Notes: generated from the sequence alone by a model not told the origin. 49,051 nucleotides of DNA from an archaeon (GCA_035289205.1 DATDXV010000021.1:1-49051); one strand, 5' to 3'; positions 27,978 to 35,799 are shown, counted from the first letter of the stretch. Program-made: numbers and translations.

Positions 27978-28965
27978 TATTTCTTCGCAACTTAAAAGTA
28001 TTAGCCCACATCGCATAACCGTTCCAACCGATAAGGACCTTGTCAATGTCGGAACGTTTTAGACCGCTAAGCTTCCTCTTCATCTTCGCCGTGCTGCTCT
28101 TTCTAAGCAGGCTATGATAATAGAACATGCGGTAGCCAAGCAGCTTTATGCCTTTATGGAGAGGACCGATCATTGATTTCTCAGGATGTAGCTCTAGCTT
28201 CAGGATATTCAGAAAAGCAGCTATCTGCTGCTTGTAGCCCTCCAGAACATGTCTATCCCTGTGAAGAATCACGAAATCATCCACATACCGAAGGTAATAT
28301 TTGGCCCTCAGCTGATGCTTCACGAACTGGTCGAGCTCGTTGAGGTAGAGGTTGGCGAAGAACTGGCTGGTCATGTTGCCAATCGGCATGCCCCTGCCCT
28401 CTGGAGCGTTCTCTTTCAGGATAGTCGTTATAAGCATAAGAACGTTTTCGTCTGTTACCTTTCTTCCCAGTATGCTGAGCAGTATATCGTGGTCAACGTT
28501 GGGGAAGTAATGCCTGATGTCTGCCTTGAGGAAGTAGCCTATAACCATATTGCTGTACTTGGCCCTTTTTACTAATCTGCCATTCTTCGAAACCTTTCTT
28601 TTGAATTCATCAAAACGCTTCAAAGCCGCATGCGCGCCCTTGCCTTTGCGATTGGCTACGGAATCATAAATGAAAGTCTTGTCGAAGATTGGTTCTAAGA
28701 TGTTGCAAATGGCATGGTGGACAACTCTATCTCTAAAGACGGAAGCGTGGATGACACGGGTCTTAGGATCCCTTATGATGAATCTCTTGAGTGGTCTTGG
28801 TTTGTAATTACAGTTCTCTAGCTCTGACTTAATTTTAGCGAGCTCTTGCTCCAGATTCTCCCTGAACTTTATCACATACCACTTCTTAGACTTGCCTTTG
28901 CTTGCCTTCCTGTAAGCCAGCAGCAGGTTCTCCATGGAGCAGAGCCTGTCGTAAAGCTCACCCAT
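27946..28965 (-). CDS. diversity-generating retroelement (DGR) reverse transcriptase
   Basis: RT motifs RFIIRDPKTRVIHA, KADIRHYFPNVDH, PIGNMTSQFFANLYL (DGR-type [ILV]GxxxSQ), RYVDDFVIL. 339 aa with no maturase/endonuclease domain. The TR lies 73 nt upstream. Confidence 0.9.
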   Translation of the reverse strand: MGELYDRLCSMENLLLAYRKASKGKSKKWYVIKFRENLEQELAKIKSELENCNYKPRPLKRFIIRDPKTRVIHASVFRDRVVHHAICNILEPIFDKTFIYDSVANRKGKGAHAALKRFDEFKRKVSKNGRLVKRAKYSNMVIGYFLKADIRHYFPNVDHDILLSILGRKVTDENVLMLITTILKENAPEGRGMPIGNMTSQFFANLYLNELDQFVKHQLRAKYYLRYVDDFVILHRDRHVLEGYKQQIAAFLNILKLELHPEKSMIGPLHKGIKLLGYRMFYYHSLLRKSSTAKMKRKLSGLKRSDIDKVLIGWNGYAMWANTFKLRRNIIENVLEIVP

Positions 28966-29038
28966 TAAATATCTCCTTTAGGCAGCCTAGGCTATTGGAG
29001 AGCCCATTGGAAAACAGGCCCATCTTAATGACTAAGAA

Positions 29039-29153
29039 GGATTTCCTGTTCGAGGGTCTGTTCGCATTTACGCCTCCATAGGAGTTCGCGTTGAACGACG
29101 CTTGACGGCAACTTCTGCTGCTATCGTCCGGATTCCAGTTGGACCTGAGCGAA
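29039..29153 (-). repeat. DGR template repeat (TR)
   Basis: Collinear with the VR in three blocks; all 14 differences are at TR adenines (coding strand); AAC/AAT-rich. Confidence 0.85.
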
Positions 29154-29372
29154 CGGTTTTGTAGCCTGTACATTAAAGAACCGCTTTTGGCGGCTACCAC
29201 TGCTACTTCAGCCTTGACTGTCGTAGCTGTATTTAATGGCTCTATTGGAGCGCTATGGACAGGCGTATAGCCTAGGCTTTTGCCTGGAGAAGTAAGATTG
29301 TCGGAGTGCCCCCCCCCGAAGGGAGAGGAAGGACTAGCTGCATAACTATCTCTAGAAACTATAGAGCCTAGG

Positions 29373-29380
29373 TTTTATAA
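29373..29380 (-). promoter_or_regulatory. candidate TATA box for the TR-RT transcript
   Basis: Minus-strand TTATAAAA 7-14 nt after the target stop codon; about 220 nt upstream of the TR. Confidence 0.3.
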
Positions 29381-29386
29381 GACTTT

Positions 29387-29920
29387 CTAGGAAAAGAATT
29401 TTCTTGCTTCCCTGTATTTCAGGGCGTCTTCCTTGAAGCTAAGAAGCTCCTGATACTCTGCCTCGTCTACCTGCCTTGTCTCTGCAGATTTCTGTGCAGC
29501 ACTTTTCTTTTCATCCTTCTCTCCAACCACAAAAGCGGAGAGCCCACGGGAATACCCGCCCGAGGGTCTGTCCGCATCCGCGCGGAACGACGCATCGCCC
29601 GGAGCCCAGTAGGACCAGAGCGAAGCTACATCATTCTCAAAATAAATAGGACCTTTCCAGACCTTCTTCTTCGGCTTTTCAAACAGTCCCGCTCCGATGA
29701 GCGTGTCTATGGCTGTTTCCTTTATCTTAGTCGTTATCTTTTCTCCGGTAAACGCCAGCTTCCCGTCCTTGATCTCCACCTCGGGGTTCGCTATGACAAA
29801 CCCTGCGGAAATTATGACCTCAGCATTATGAACCCAGTAATTGGTCGTTAAAGCCTTATATTCCGCGTTAGAGAATGTCTCATTGTAAGCCCTCTTTGTT
29901 GGAAGGACTCCTACCGCCAT
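29387..29920 (-). CDS. DGR target protein carrying the variable repeat
   Basis: 177-aa ORF. The VR encodes SLWSYWAPGDASFRADADRPSGGYS, an R...P...R..G..F pattern reminiscent of C-type-lectin/FGE-fold DGR targets. Confidence 0.75.
   Translation of the reverse strand: MAVGVLPTKRAYNETFSNAEYKALTTNYWVHNAEVIISAGFVIANPEVEIKDGKLAFTGEKITTKIKETAIDTLIGAGLFEKPKKKVWKGPIYFENDVASLWSYWAPGDASFRADADRPSGGYSRGLSAFVVGEKDEKKSAAQKSAETRQVDEAEYQELLSFKEDALKYREARKFFS
29519..29542 (-). promoter_or_regulatory. inverted repeat immediately 3' of the VR (possible DGR target-recognition hairpin)
   Basis: CTCTCC 29519-29524 / GGAGAG 29537-29542, 12-nt loop, 7 nt beyond the VR boundary. Confidence 0.4.
29549..29624 (-). repeat. 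DGR variable repeat (VR)
   Basis: 76 nt aligned to the TR; 62 identities, 14 mismatches, all opposite TR adenines. Confidence 0.85.
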
Positions 29921-29953
29921 TCCTGACTTCTTGCGAAGCTCCTTTCCGAGCTA

Positions 29954-30094
29954 GCCGGTCTGCCACCTGTCAAGGCCGGTGACGTATTTGCCGCTCTTCA
30001 GCTTTACAATCTGCACGCCAGGCTTGTCGAAAAGCTCCATCTTGTCAGCTGTATCGTATGCAACCTGCAGGTGAGCCTCCGCTTCGTTTGACAT
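29954..30094 (-). CDS. 47-codon ORF in frame with the DGR target, separated from it by TAG 29951-29953
   Basis: MSNEAEAHLQVAYDTADKMELFDKPGVQIVKLKSGKYVTGLDRWQTG*; TATA box 23 nt upstream of its ATG. Confidence 0.4.
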
Positions 30095-30116
30095 ATCTAT
30101 TATCACTATTCGGTAG

Positions 30117-30124
30117 TTTATAAA
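30117..30124 (-). promoter_or_regulatory. TATA box upstream of the 47-codon ORF / DGR target transcript
   Basis: TTTATAAA 23-30 nt upstream of ATG 30092-30094. Confidence 0.4.
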
Positions 30125-30190
30125 GGTTACTGTTTAAGCATCTTAGAATTAGCTTATGCATATTTGAACATTAGAATATAAACAATCATT

Positions 30191-30505
30191 ATGCCAAAAC
30201 TGGAAGAAACGCATGTCATTAAGTTCAGGAGAAAAACAGAGATCATGGCAAGACTTATGCGCGAAGACGGGTACGATGCTAAGACTTCGGATAACGGCGA
30301 AACATTCTACTTGGATGTCAGGCACATGAAGGAAGGGAAGCTGGAGCGTCTGGGAAAAATAAGAACGAGAGCTGATAGCTATAAGTGGCGTGTAGACATC
30401 TATCAGACCGATGCGGCTCGGGATTTCAGGGAATATGTGATAAACATGTCAAATGCCTTCTTCGGACCAACATTGGAAATAGAATGGGATTCTAAAACAT
30501 CTTAG
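30191..30505 (+). CDS. hypothetical protein
   Basis: 104-aa ORF; no motif recognised. Confidence 0.45.
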   Translation: MPKLEETHVIKFRRKTEIMARLMREDGYDAKTSDNGETFYLDVRHMKEGKLERLGKIRTRADSYKWRVDIYQTDAARDFREYVINMSNAFFGPTLEIEWDSKTS

Positions 30506-31145
30506 CTGAAACAAAGAAATGCCTTTCTTCGAAAGGCTCAAGATTTATCAGTTCTAAAACTTGGAATCCTGCTGCCTTCAATTTGTAGACCTGTTCGTCT
30601 GTGACTTTCTTCGGAGACTTTGTTATGTCTATCGACTGCGTCTTTATGGCAAGCATCAAATGCCCGCCTCTCTTCAAAAAATCCTTGGCAACCCTTATAG
30701 CTATGTCCGTCTGGTCCGGCTGCGCAATGTCAACATATAGAACATCAGATTTCTCTACCCAGGAGAACTGCTCAGGCTTTCTCGCATCGGCAAGTATGGG
30801 AACTATGTTCTCATACTTCTCGCAGACAGGCAACAGTTCATTGAAAGGCCTCTCGGAAAATTCCAGTGCATAGACTATTCCTGTTGTACCAACAATGTCT
30901 GCAACATAGCTCGGAGTGAATCCATGCGCAGCGCCGAGGTACAAAATCTTTGAGCCCTGTCTTATTGGAAGCTGCTTCAGGCCTTTCATTATTGCCGCGC
31001 CTAGCTTGCTTCTTGTCGGATCCCACAGCCTGTATTCCCCGTTCAGTTCCTCACCAAAAAGCCTCTCCTTCAGTGTTGCAAGCGTTGCTAGCCTGTCTTC
31101 CACCTTAAAGACGCCTGTAAATATTTCCTTAACCATCTCCCCCAC
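30492..31145 (-). CDS. flpA: fibrillarin (C/D box sRNP rRNA/tRNA 2'-O-methyltransferase)
   Basis: YRLWDPTRSKLGAAI, KILYLGAAHGFTPSYVADIVG, VYALEFSERP, ILADARKP. Confidence 0.9.
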   Translation of the reverse strand: MGEMVKEIFTGVFKVEDRLATLATLKERLFGEELNGEYRLWDPTRSKLGAAIMKGLKQLPIRQGSKILYLGAAHGFTPSYVADIVGTTGIVYALEFSERPFNELLPVCEKYENIVPILADARKPEQFSWVEKSDVLYVDIAQPDQTDIAIRVAKDFLKRGGHLMLAIKTQSIDITKSPKKVTDEQVYKLKAAGFQVLELINLEPFEERHFFVSAKMF

Positions 31146-32148
31146 CCATTATCCTCTTCAGTTTCTCCTTGTAATCCCTGACAGCCTCCTCTGACTTGTC
31201 CTCTTTCGTGTAGAAATCTGTCCTGACTGTGATTGTAAGCTTTGAAGCGATCAGCCTGGCAACCTTCCCCTGCAGCTCCTTCTTTGCTGTTGACACATCG
31301 GGATGTGTAAACAGGATTCCGAATCTGGGCGGCCTGGCATCCTTGCTCTTCGATTTCATGAACCTGAACAAGGCCCTTTCCGCTCCCAAAAGCTGTATTG
31401 TTGAAGAGCTCATCTTCGACAGCCTCTCCAATGACCCTGTCTGCTTCAGGATTCTTGCAGCTAGCAAAGAGCCAACAAGAGCGGATGTGTTCGGCATCTC
31501 CTTCTTCGTCAGGTCCTCAAGGTATTTCTCCAGTCCCGCTTTCATCTCGAAGGCCTTCTTTGAAAGGACGGCATATTCCCTTACATTTTCTATATCCTCC
31601 TTGCTGAAGCTCATCCCCATGCTGGCTTTGAAGCTCGGAATCTTCTCCCTTTCCCCATATTCAGCGATTGTAGCAAGATATCTCTCATGGTCCTTTGTTG
31701 ACAGCTCAGGATAATGCAACCCGTACCACTCCCTTATCCTTTCGGAAAAGAGGTTTGTTATCTTTTCCAGGTCCTCTAAGGCGGAAACGGTTTCTATGAT
31801 CAGTTTGTCCCTCCTGACAAGCGAAGCGATCCTCTTCTTGGAAAGAAGCACTCCGAACTGGGAAAGGAACTTGTTCAGTTCATCGTCCTTCATCTTTGCC
31901 ATTGAACGAATATTCTCCCTTATGTAGAGGGTAGCTTTATTCGGGGAAGTTGAATAAGCAGTATACCCCTTCTTTTCCAGATCAAACTTCAGCTGCCTGA
32001 CCTCTTCTATCTCTTCGCCCTTAAAGCATTTGGCAACCTTCTGCGCAGCCTCCTCTGCATCCAGCTTGAACATCTTTGAGGCTAGGAACTTGCCCTTGTC
32101 ATCTACTGCAATAACGCCCAAAGGCGAGACATCAACGTACGCATCCAT
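31129..32148 (-). CDS. nop5: Nop5 (Nop56/58) C/D box sRNP protein (start re-assigned to MDAYVDV)
   Basis: Nop domain LLGAERALFRFMKSKSKDARPPRFGILFTHPDV; overlaps flpA by 17 nt as in the conserved operon. Confidence 0.85.
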   Translation of the reverse strand: MDAYVDVSPLGVIAVDDKGKFLASKMFKLDAEEAAQKVAKCFKGEEIEEVRQLKFDLEKKGYTAYSTSPNKATLYIRENIRSMAKMKDDELNKFLSQFGVLLSKKRIASLVRRDKLIIETVSALEDLEKITNLFSERIREWYGLHYPELSTKDHERYLATIAEYGEREKIPSFKASMGMSFSKEDIENVREYAVLSKKAFEMKAGLEKYLEDLTKKEMPNTSALVGSLLAARILKQTGSLERLSKMSSSTIQLLGAERALFRFMKSKSKDARPPRFGILFTHPDVSTAKKELQGKVARLIASKLTITVRTDFYTKEDKSEEAVRDYKEKLKRIMGGGDG

Positions 32149-32189
32149 AACCTTTTTATGCGTTCCAGAAGGTATAAAAAGAAGATTAC

Positions 32190-32381
32190 ATGGGCCGAAT
32201 AAGGACAAGATGGATAAAGAACATTGCAGAGGAGATAGCTCTAAAGTTTCCTGACAAGGTCTCTGCCGACTATGAACAGAACAAGGCCCTCATAGATTCC
32301 ATGAATCTCGGGGAGGACAAGTTCGTCAGGAACAAGGTAGCAGGCTACATGGTCAAGATCGCCCAGAGAAAAGCAGCATAG
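32190..32381 (+). CDS. rps17e: ribosomal protein eS17
   Basis: MGRIRTRWIKNIAEEIALKFPDKVSADYEQNK. Confidence 0.85.
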   Translation: MGRIRTRWIKNIAEEIALKFPDKVSADYEQNKALIDSMNLGEDKFVRNKVAGYMVKIAQRKAA

Positions 32382-32418
32382 TTTTAATATTAAGTCACAG
32401 CATATCTTTCTAGATAAT

Positions 32419-32688
32419 ATGGGTACACTGAATCCAAAACAAGTAGCAGTTTCACTGGGACTGTTGGCAGCGGCAATGCACCTGATATGGTCAGTGATGG
32501 TTGCTCTTGGCTTCGGACAGGCATGGATAAACTGGATAATTGGATTGCACTTTGTAAGCGCAACAGTTACTGTAATGCCATTCAATGCTGTGACAGCAAT
32601 AATTCTATTGGTCGTGACGTTCGTATTGGGATCTATAGTAGGATTTGTCTTTGCGACAGCATGGAACTGGACAGGCAAGAAGTTGTAG
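32419..32688 (+). CDS. small membrane protein
   Basis: 89 aa, three hydrophobic helices. Confidence 0.4.
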   Translation: MGTLNPKQVAVSLGLLAAAMHLIWSVMVALGFGQAWINWIIGLHFVSATVTVMPFNAVTAIILLVVTFVLGSIVGFVFATAWNWTGKKL

Positions 32689-32744
32689 ATGCGATCTAGA
32701 ATCTAAAGAAGACTTTTGTTTAGTTTTATTTGCCTATTTTTAAT

Positions 32745-32867
32745 TGGTGCGGGGGGCAGGATTTGAACCTGCGGACCTCTAAAGGACCAGATTTCTCTAT
32801 CATCTCAGAGATCAAAACTCAAGAGTTTCTTGAGTCTGGCGCCATTGCCGGACTAGGCGACCCCCGC
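32745..32867 (-). tRNA. tRNA-Leu(CAA) with about 36-nt intron at canonical 37/38 position, encoded CCA
   Basis: Hand fold: acceptor GCGGGGG/CCCCCGC, 3-bp D stem, anticodon stem CCAGA/TCTGG, loop CTCAAG|intron 32793-32828|A. 14-nt variable arm, T arm GCAGG TTCAAAT CCTGC, A73, CCA. Confidence 0.85.
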
Positions 32868-32892
32868 ATGAGAAGTGTTTCTGCGAGAACGA

Positions 32893-32899
32893 TATAAAG
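32893..32899 (-). promoter_or_regulatory. TATA box for tRNA-Leu(CAA)
   Basis: Minus-strand CTTTATA 26-32 nt upstream of the tRNA 5' end. Confidence 0.4.
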
Positions 32900-32901
32900 A
32901 T

Positions 32902-33471
32902 TTATCCATGGTAGGGAGTCGCAGCGTTTTCTTGTTTTCCGTTGTGCTCTTCTTTTCTGCAATCGGAAACATATGTCGCTGAACCTTCCACCCTAGCCAA
33001 TTCATCGCCTTTCAATGTTCTGGGATCAACATGGAATACAAACATTCCTTCTCCTATAAAGTCTCTTATCCGATAAAACACTTTCAGGGTTTCGTCAAAA
33101 CCGTTGACAGTGCGCAACCTCTCAAAGGAGTCTGTAGCAGCAACTCCGGACTTGCCATTTTTCTCAAGAAATTTGGTTATAGTATCAAAAAACGAATTTG
33201 AATTGGTTGGATTTATGACATCTGGACCAGCCACAGTGCTAATCCTGTAGACCGTTAATTCCTCGACTCTTTTGCTAAACTCTTTGAAGTCTTTGAATCC
33301 CTCATGATCGTAATTGGAAGAAAGCGCCAATATTCTTCTTCGAGTATCTTTTATGTCTAGAAATATGCCGTATAGAACACTAACACTATGGGATTTCAGG
33401 AGATAAGATCCTGGACCCCTATCCTCGAATTTTATCTTTTTTGTCTCCTTCCCAACATCTGCTGTATCCAT
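32902..33471 (-). CDS. hypothetical protein (start re-assigned to MDTADV)
   Basis: The track ORF extends to 33630, but that part overlaps a better small gene. TATA-like TATATTTAAATA lies about 25 nt upstream of ATG 33469-33471. Confidence 0.5.
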   Translation of the reverse strand: MDTADVGKETKKIKFEDRGPGSYLLKSHSVSVLYGIFLDIKDTRRRILALSSNYDHEGFKDFKEFSKRVEELTVYRISTVAGPDVINPTNSNSFFDTITKFLEKNGKSGVAATDSFERLRTVNGFDETLKVFYRIRDFIGEGMFVFHVDPRTLKGDELARVEGSATYVSDCRKEEHNGKQENAATPYHG

Positions 33472-33565
33472 AGAAAAACTTACTACCACACAGTATTTAA
33501 ATATACCTATTGCACGCTGATTGCCGAATAAGAAAATGTGAAGAAAAAGAAAAGATATTACTTGA

Positions 33566-33736
33566 CTAGAGGTCTGCTGGCCTGATTGTTGCTCTTCCGT
33601 TTGCCTTTGCTCTCTTTGATGCATCAGCAAGCAATTCAGCGACTTTCTTGTCCATAGCGCCCATGAAGTCGCCGGAGCATCTCATTCCTTTGCAAGCAGC
33701 CTTTACAGCCGACTTTACAACTAAAGCTTTGCCCAT
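33566..33736 (-). CDS. DUF1931-like small histone-fold protein (56 aa, not in ORF track)
   Basis: Hand translation MGKALVVKSAVKAACKGMRCSGDFMGAMDKKVAELLADASKRAKANGRATIRPADL. Confidence 0.55.
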   Translation of the reverse strand: MGKALVVKSAVKAACKGMRCSGDFMGAMDKKVAELLADASKRAKANGRATIRPADL

Positions 33737-33853
33737 TCATATCACCTCATTTTTTCTTGAGAGTTAAAACCCTCGTATATGAGTGCTGTTCGACTCTATT
33801 TAAAGGTATATGAATCTGGATTATAGACTGACCAGTAGGCAAAATAACGGCTT

Positions 33854-34933
33854 TTACGAAGAATCTAGCCTTTTTACAGCTACGCCAGGCACCCCGAGCC
33901 TCACTGTGAATGCGTCATATCCATCATTCTCAAATTCCTGTATCAGCTTCACCCTTTGCCCATCGTCTTTGGCAAGCACTATGCAGCTTCCCCCTCCCCA
34001 GCCGCCGGTAGGCTTGGCGCCAAGAGCGCCCTTCTTCATAGAAGTCTCAACAATGTCATCAAGCTTCTCTGTGGAAATGTCAAACTCACTCAAAGCCTTG
34101 TAGTATAGGTTCATCAGTCTCCCTATCTTCTCCAGATCCTTCGCCCCTATAACAGACAGCGCAGTACTGGCTATGTTCTCAGCCTTCTTCATCGTCTCTT
34201 CAAACATCTTCGGCTGCGTGTCCTTTATCTTCCATACCTTCTCTACCATCTCGCTCGTCTTCGCGGCCTCGCCGCTGTTGACAATTATAAGCGGGAATTC
34301 GAAGTCAATGGTCAGATGCTCTATGCTTCTTCCGGTCTTAACAAGATAGCCGCCGTGAGTAACCGTGTTTGCATCTATGCCCGAAGGGGTGACATGCACA
34401 GACCTCTCCGCCTCATTCGCATAATAAATTATCTCCTCTTTGGAGAAGTTGCGGCCGAAAAGCTCTGAAACTGCAGCAACCAAACCAGCACTAACAGAGG
34501 CGCTTGACCCGAGGTTCTTTGTAACTGCGGAATTTATCCTTGCCCTAAAAGGCTTGTGCCCATAGTCTTCCCCTATCTCAGCTACAGCAACAAGGCATGG
34601 GATCAGCTTGTTGCTTTCAGTCATTTTCCTGATCTCCTTCGAAGCAGGTTTCTCCTTGCTCTTATCTAGATTGTATGCATCCCTAAGCTCGTAGACCCTG
34701 TTCATTAAATTGTCCAATTCGGTAAAACTGATTCTCGCAATTCCAAACTCTCCGGCATCAATCTCTATTCCCTCATATGCCTTTCCCGCCTCGACGGTTG
34801 TGTATATTCCGGCTGCCGCGGCGATGCCAGGCTTCCCATGGACAACAGCATGCTCGCCAAAAAGTATTACCTTTCCTGGCGCAACAGCCTCAACCTCATA
34901 AACAGCCTCCTCCTTTGCTTCAGCAATTGCCAT
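33854..34933 (-). CDS. mvk: mevalonate kinase (GHMP family)
   Basis: APGKVILFGEHAVVHGKPGIA, LGSSASVSAGLVAAV, KPTGGWGGGSCIVL. Confidence 0.8.
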   Translation of the reverse strand: MAIAEAKEEAVYEVEAVAPGKVILFGEHAVVHGKPGIAAAAGIYTTVEAGKAYEGIEIDAGEFGIARISFTELDNLMNRVYELRDAYNLDKSKEKPASKEIRKMTESNKLIPCLVAVAEIGEDYGHKPFRARINSAVTKNLGSSASVSAGLVAAVSELFGRNFSKEEIIYYANEAERSVHVTPSGIDANTVTHGGYLVKTGRSIEHLTIDFEFPLIIVNSGEAAKTSEMVEKVWKIKDTQPKMFEETMKKAENIASTALSVIGAKDLEKIGRLMNLYYKALSEFDISTEKLDDIVETSMKKGALGAKPTGGWGGGSCIVLAKDDGQRVKLIQEFENDGYDAFTVRLGVPGVAVKRLDSS

Positions 34934-34998
34934 AGAGAATGTTGCACAGTAAAGGTTAAATTCTTATTTGCACGCCTCCCAATAGCTTCTGTGAAACA

Positions 34999-35799
34999 AT
35001 GAAGGATCTGATTGTTTTGAAGGTTGGAGGATCTGTAATAACCGATAAGAAAAGCGAAAAGCCTAAAGCGAACCTGAAAAACATAAATAGGATAGCTGAA
35101 GAGATATCAGAAGCTTATGCTTCCGGCAAATTTGACTTGATCTTGGTTCATGGAGCTGGCTCATACGGTCATCAGATTGTGAAGAAAACAGGAATTGACA
35201 AGGGAATAAAAAACGATGAACAGAGGGTTGCGTTCGCGGAGACGCAAAGGCTGCAGAATGATTTGAACTCGATCGTAACGAAAGCTTTGATAAAGAATGA
35301 TGTGCCAGCAATGCCCCTGCAGGCCTCTGCGCATGCTATAATGAGAGCGGGAAGGCTTGTGAAGTTCGATCTTGAAGCTACACGCGGATTTCTTAGAAGC
35401 GGGCTTGTTCCAGTCTTCTATGGCGTTCCTGCATTTGATACGGAACAGGCATGCTCCATTCTTTCCGGAGACCAGATAACGCCTTATGTTGCAAAAGAAC
35501 TTTACGCCAGAAAAATAATCCACGGGACAAATGTTGACGGCATTTTCACAGCAGATCCCAACAAGGACAAGAGTGCGAAATTGATTCCATTGATAAGGGA
35601 GGAGAACTTCGAGAAGATAAGCAGCTGGATGTCTGGCTCTTCAGCTGTTGATGTCACAGGCGGGATGCTTGGAAAGATATCAGAACTTTTGGATGTTGCC
35701 AAGTCTGGAATAGAATCGCAGATAGTTAATGCTCTGAAGGCTGGAAATGTCAAGAAGGCTCTCCTTGGAGAGAAGATAGGGACAGTCGTAGTGCGCTGA
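34999..35799 (+). CDS. isopentenyl phosphate kinase (amino-acid-kinase fold)
   Basis: LKVGGSVITDK, LVHGAGSYGH, GTNVDGIFTADP, VTGGM. Confidence 0.8.
   Translation: MKDLIVLKVGGSVITDKKSEKPKANLKNINRIAEEISEAYASGKFDLILVHGAGSYGHQIVKKTGIDKGIKNDEQRVAFAETQRLQNDLNSIVTKALIKNDVPAMPLQASAHAIMRAGRLVKFDLEATRGFLRSGLVPVFYGVPAFDTEQACSILSGDQITPYVAKELYARKIIHGTNVDGIFTADPNKDKSAKLIPLIREENFEKISSWMSGSSAVDVTGGMLGKISELLDVAKSGIESQIVNALKAGNVKKALLGEKIGTVVVR

Noticed and set aside
27946-28965. RT as a group II intron, retron or Abi-type reverse transcriptase
   Set aside because: There is no maturase (X) or endonuclease domain and no recognisable intron RNA domains flanking it. Motif 4 is IGxxxSQ rather than QGxxxSP, and a TR/VR pair with A-only mismatches lies immediately upstream.
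28958-29200. 80-aa minus-strand ORF (MVAAKSGSLMYRLQNRSLRSNWNPDD...)
   Set aside because: It is simply the open frame inherited by the DGR template repeat, a copy of the target's VR region. It overlaps the RT start and has no independent start context, so it is treated as non-coding TR RNA.
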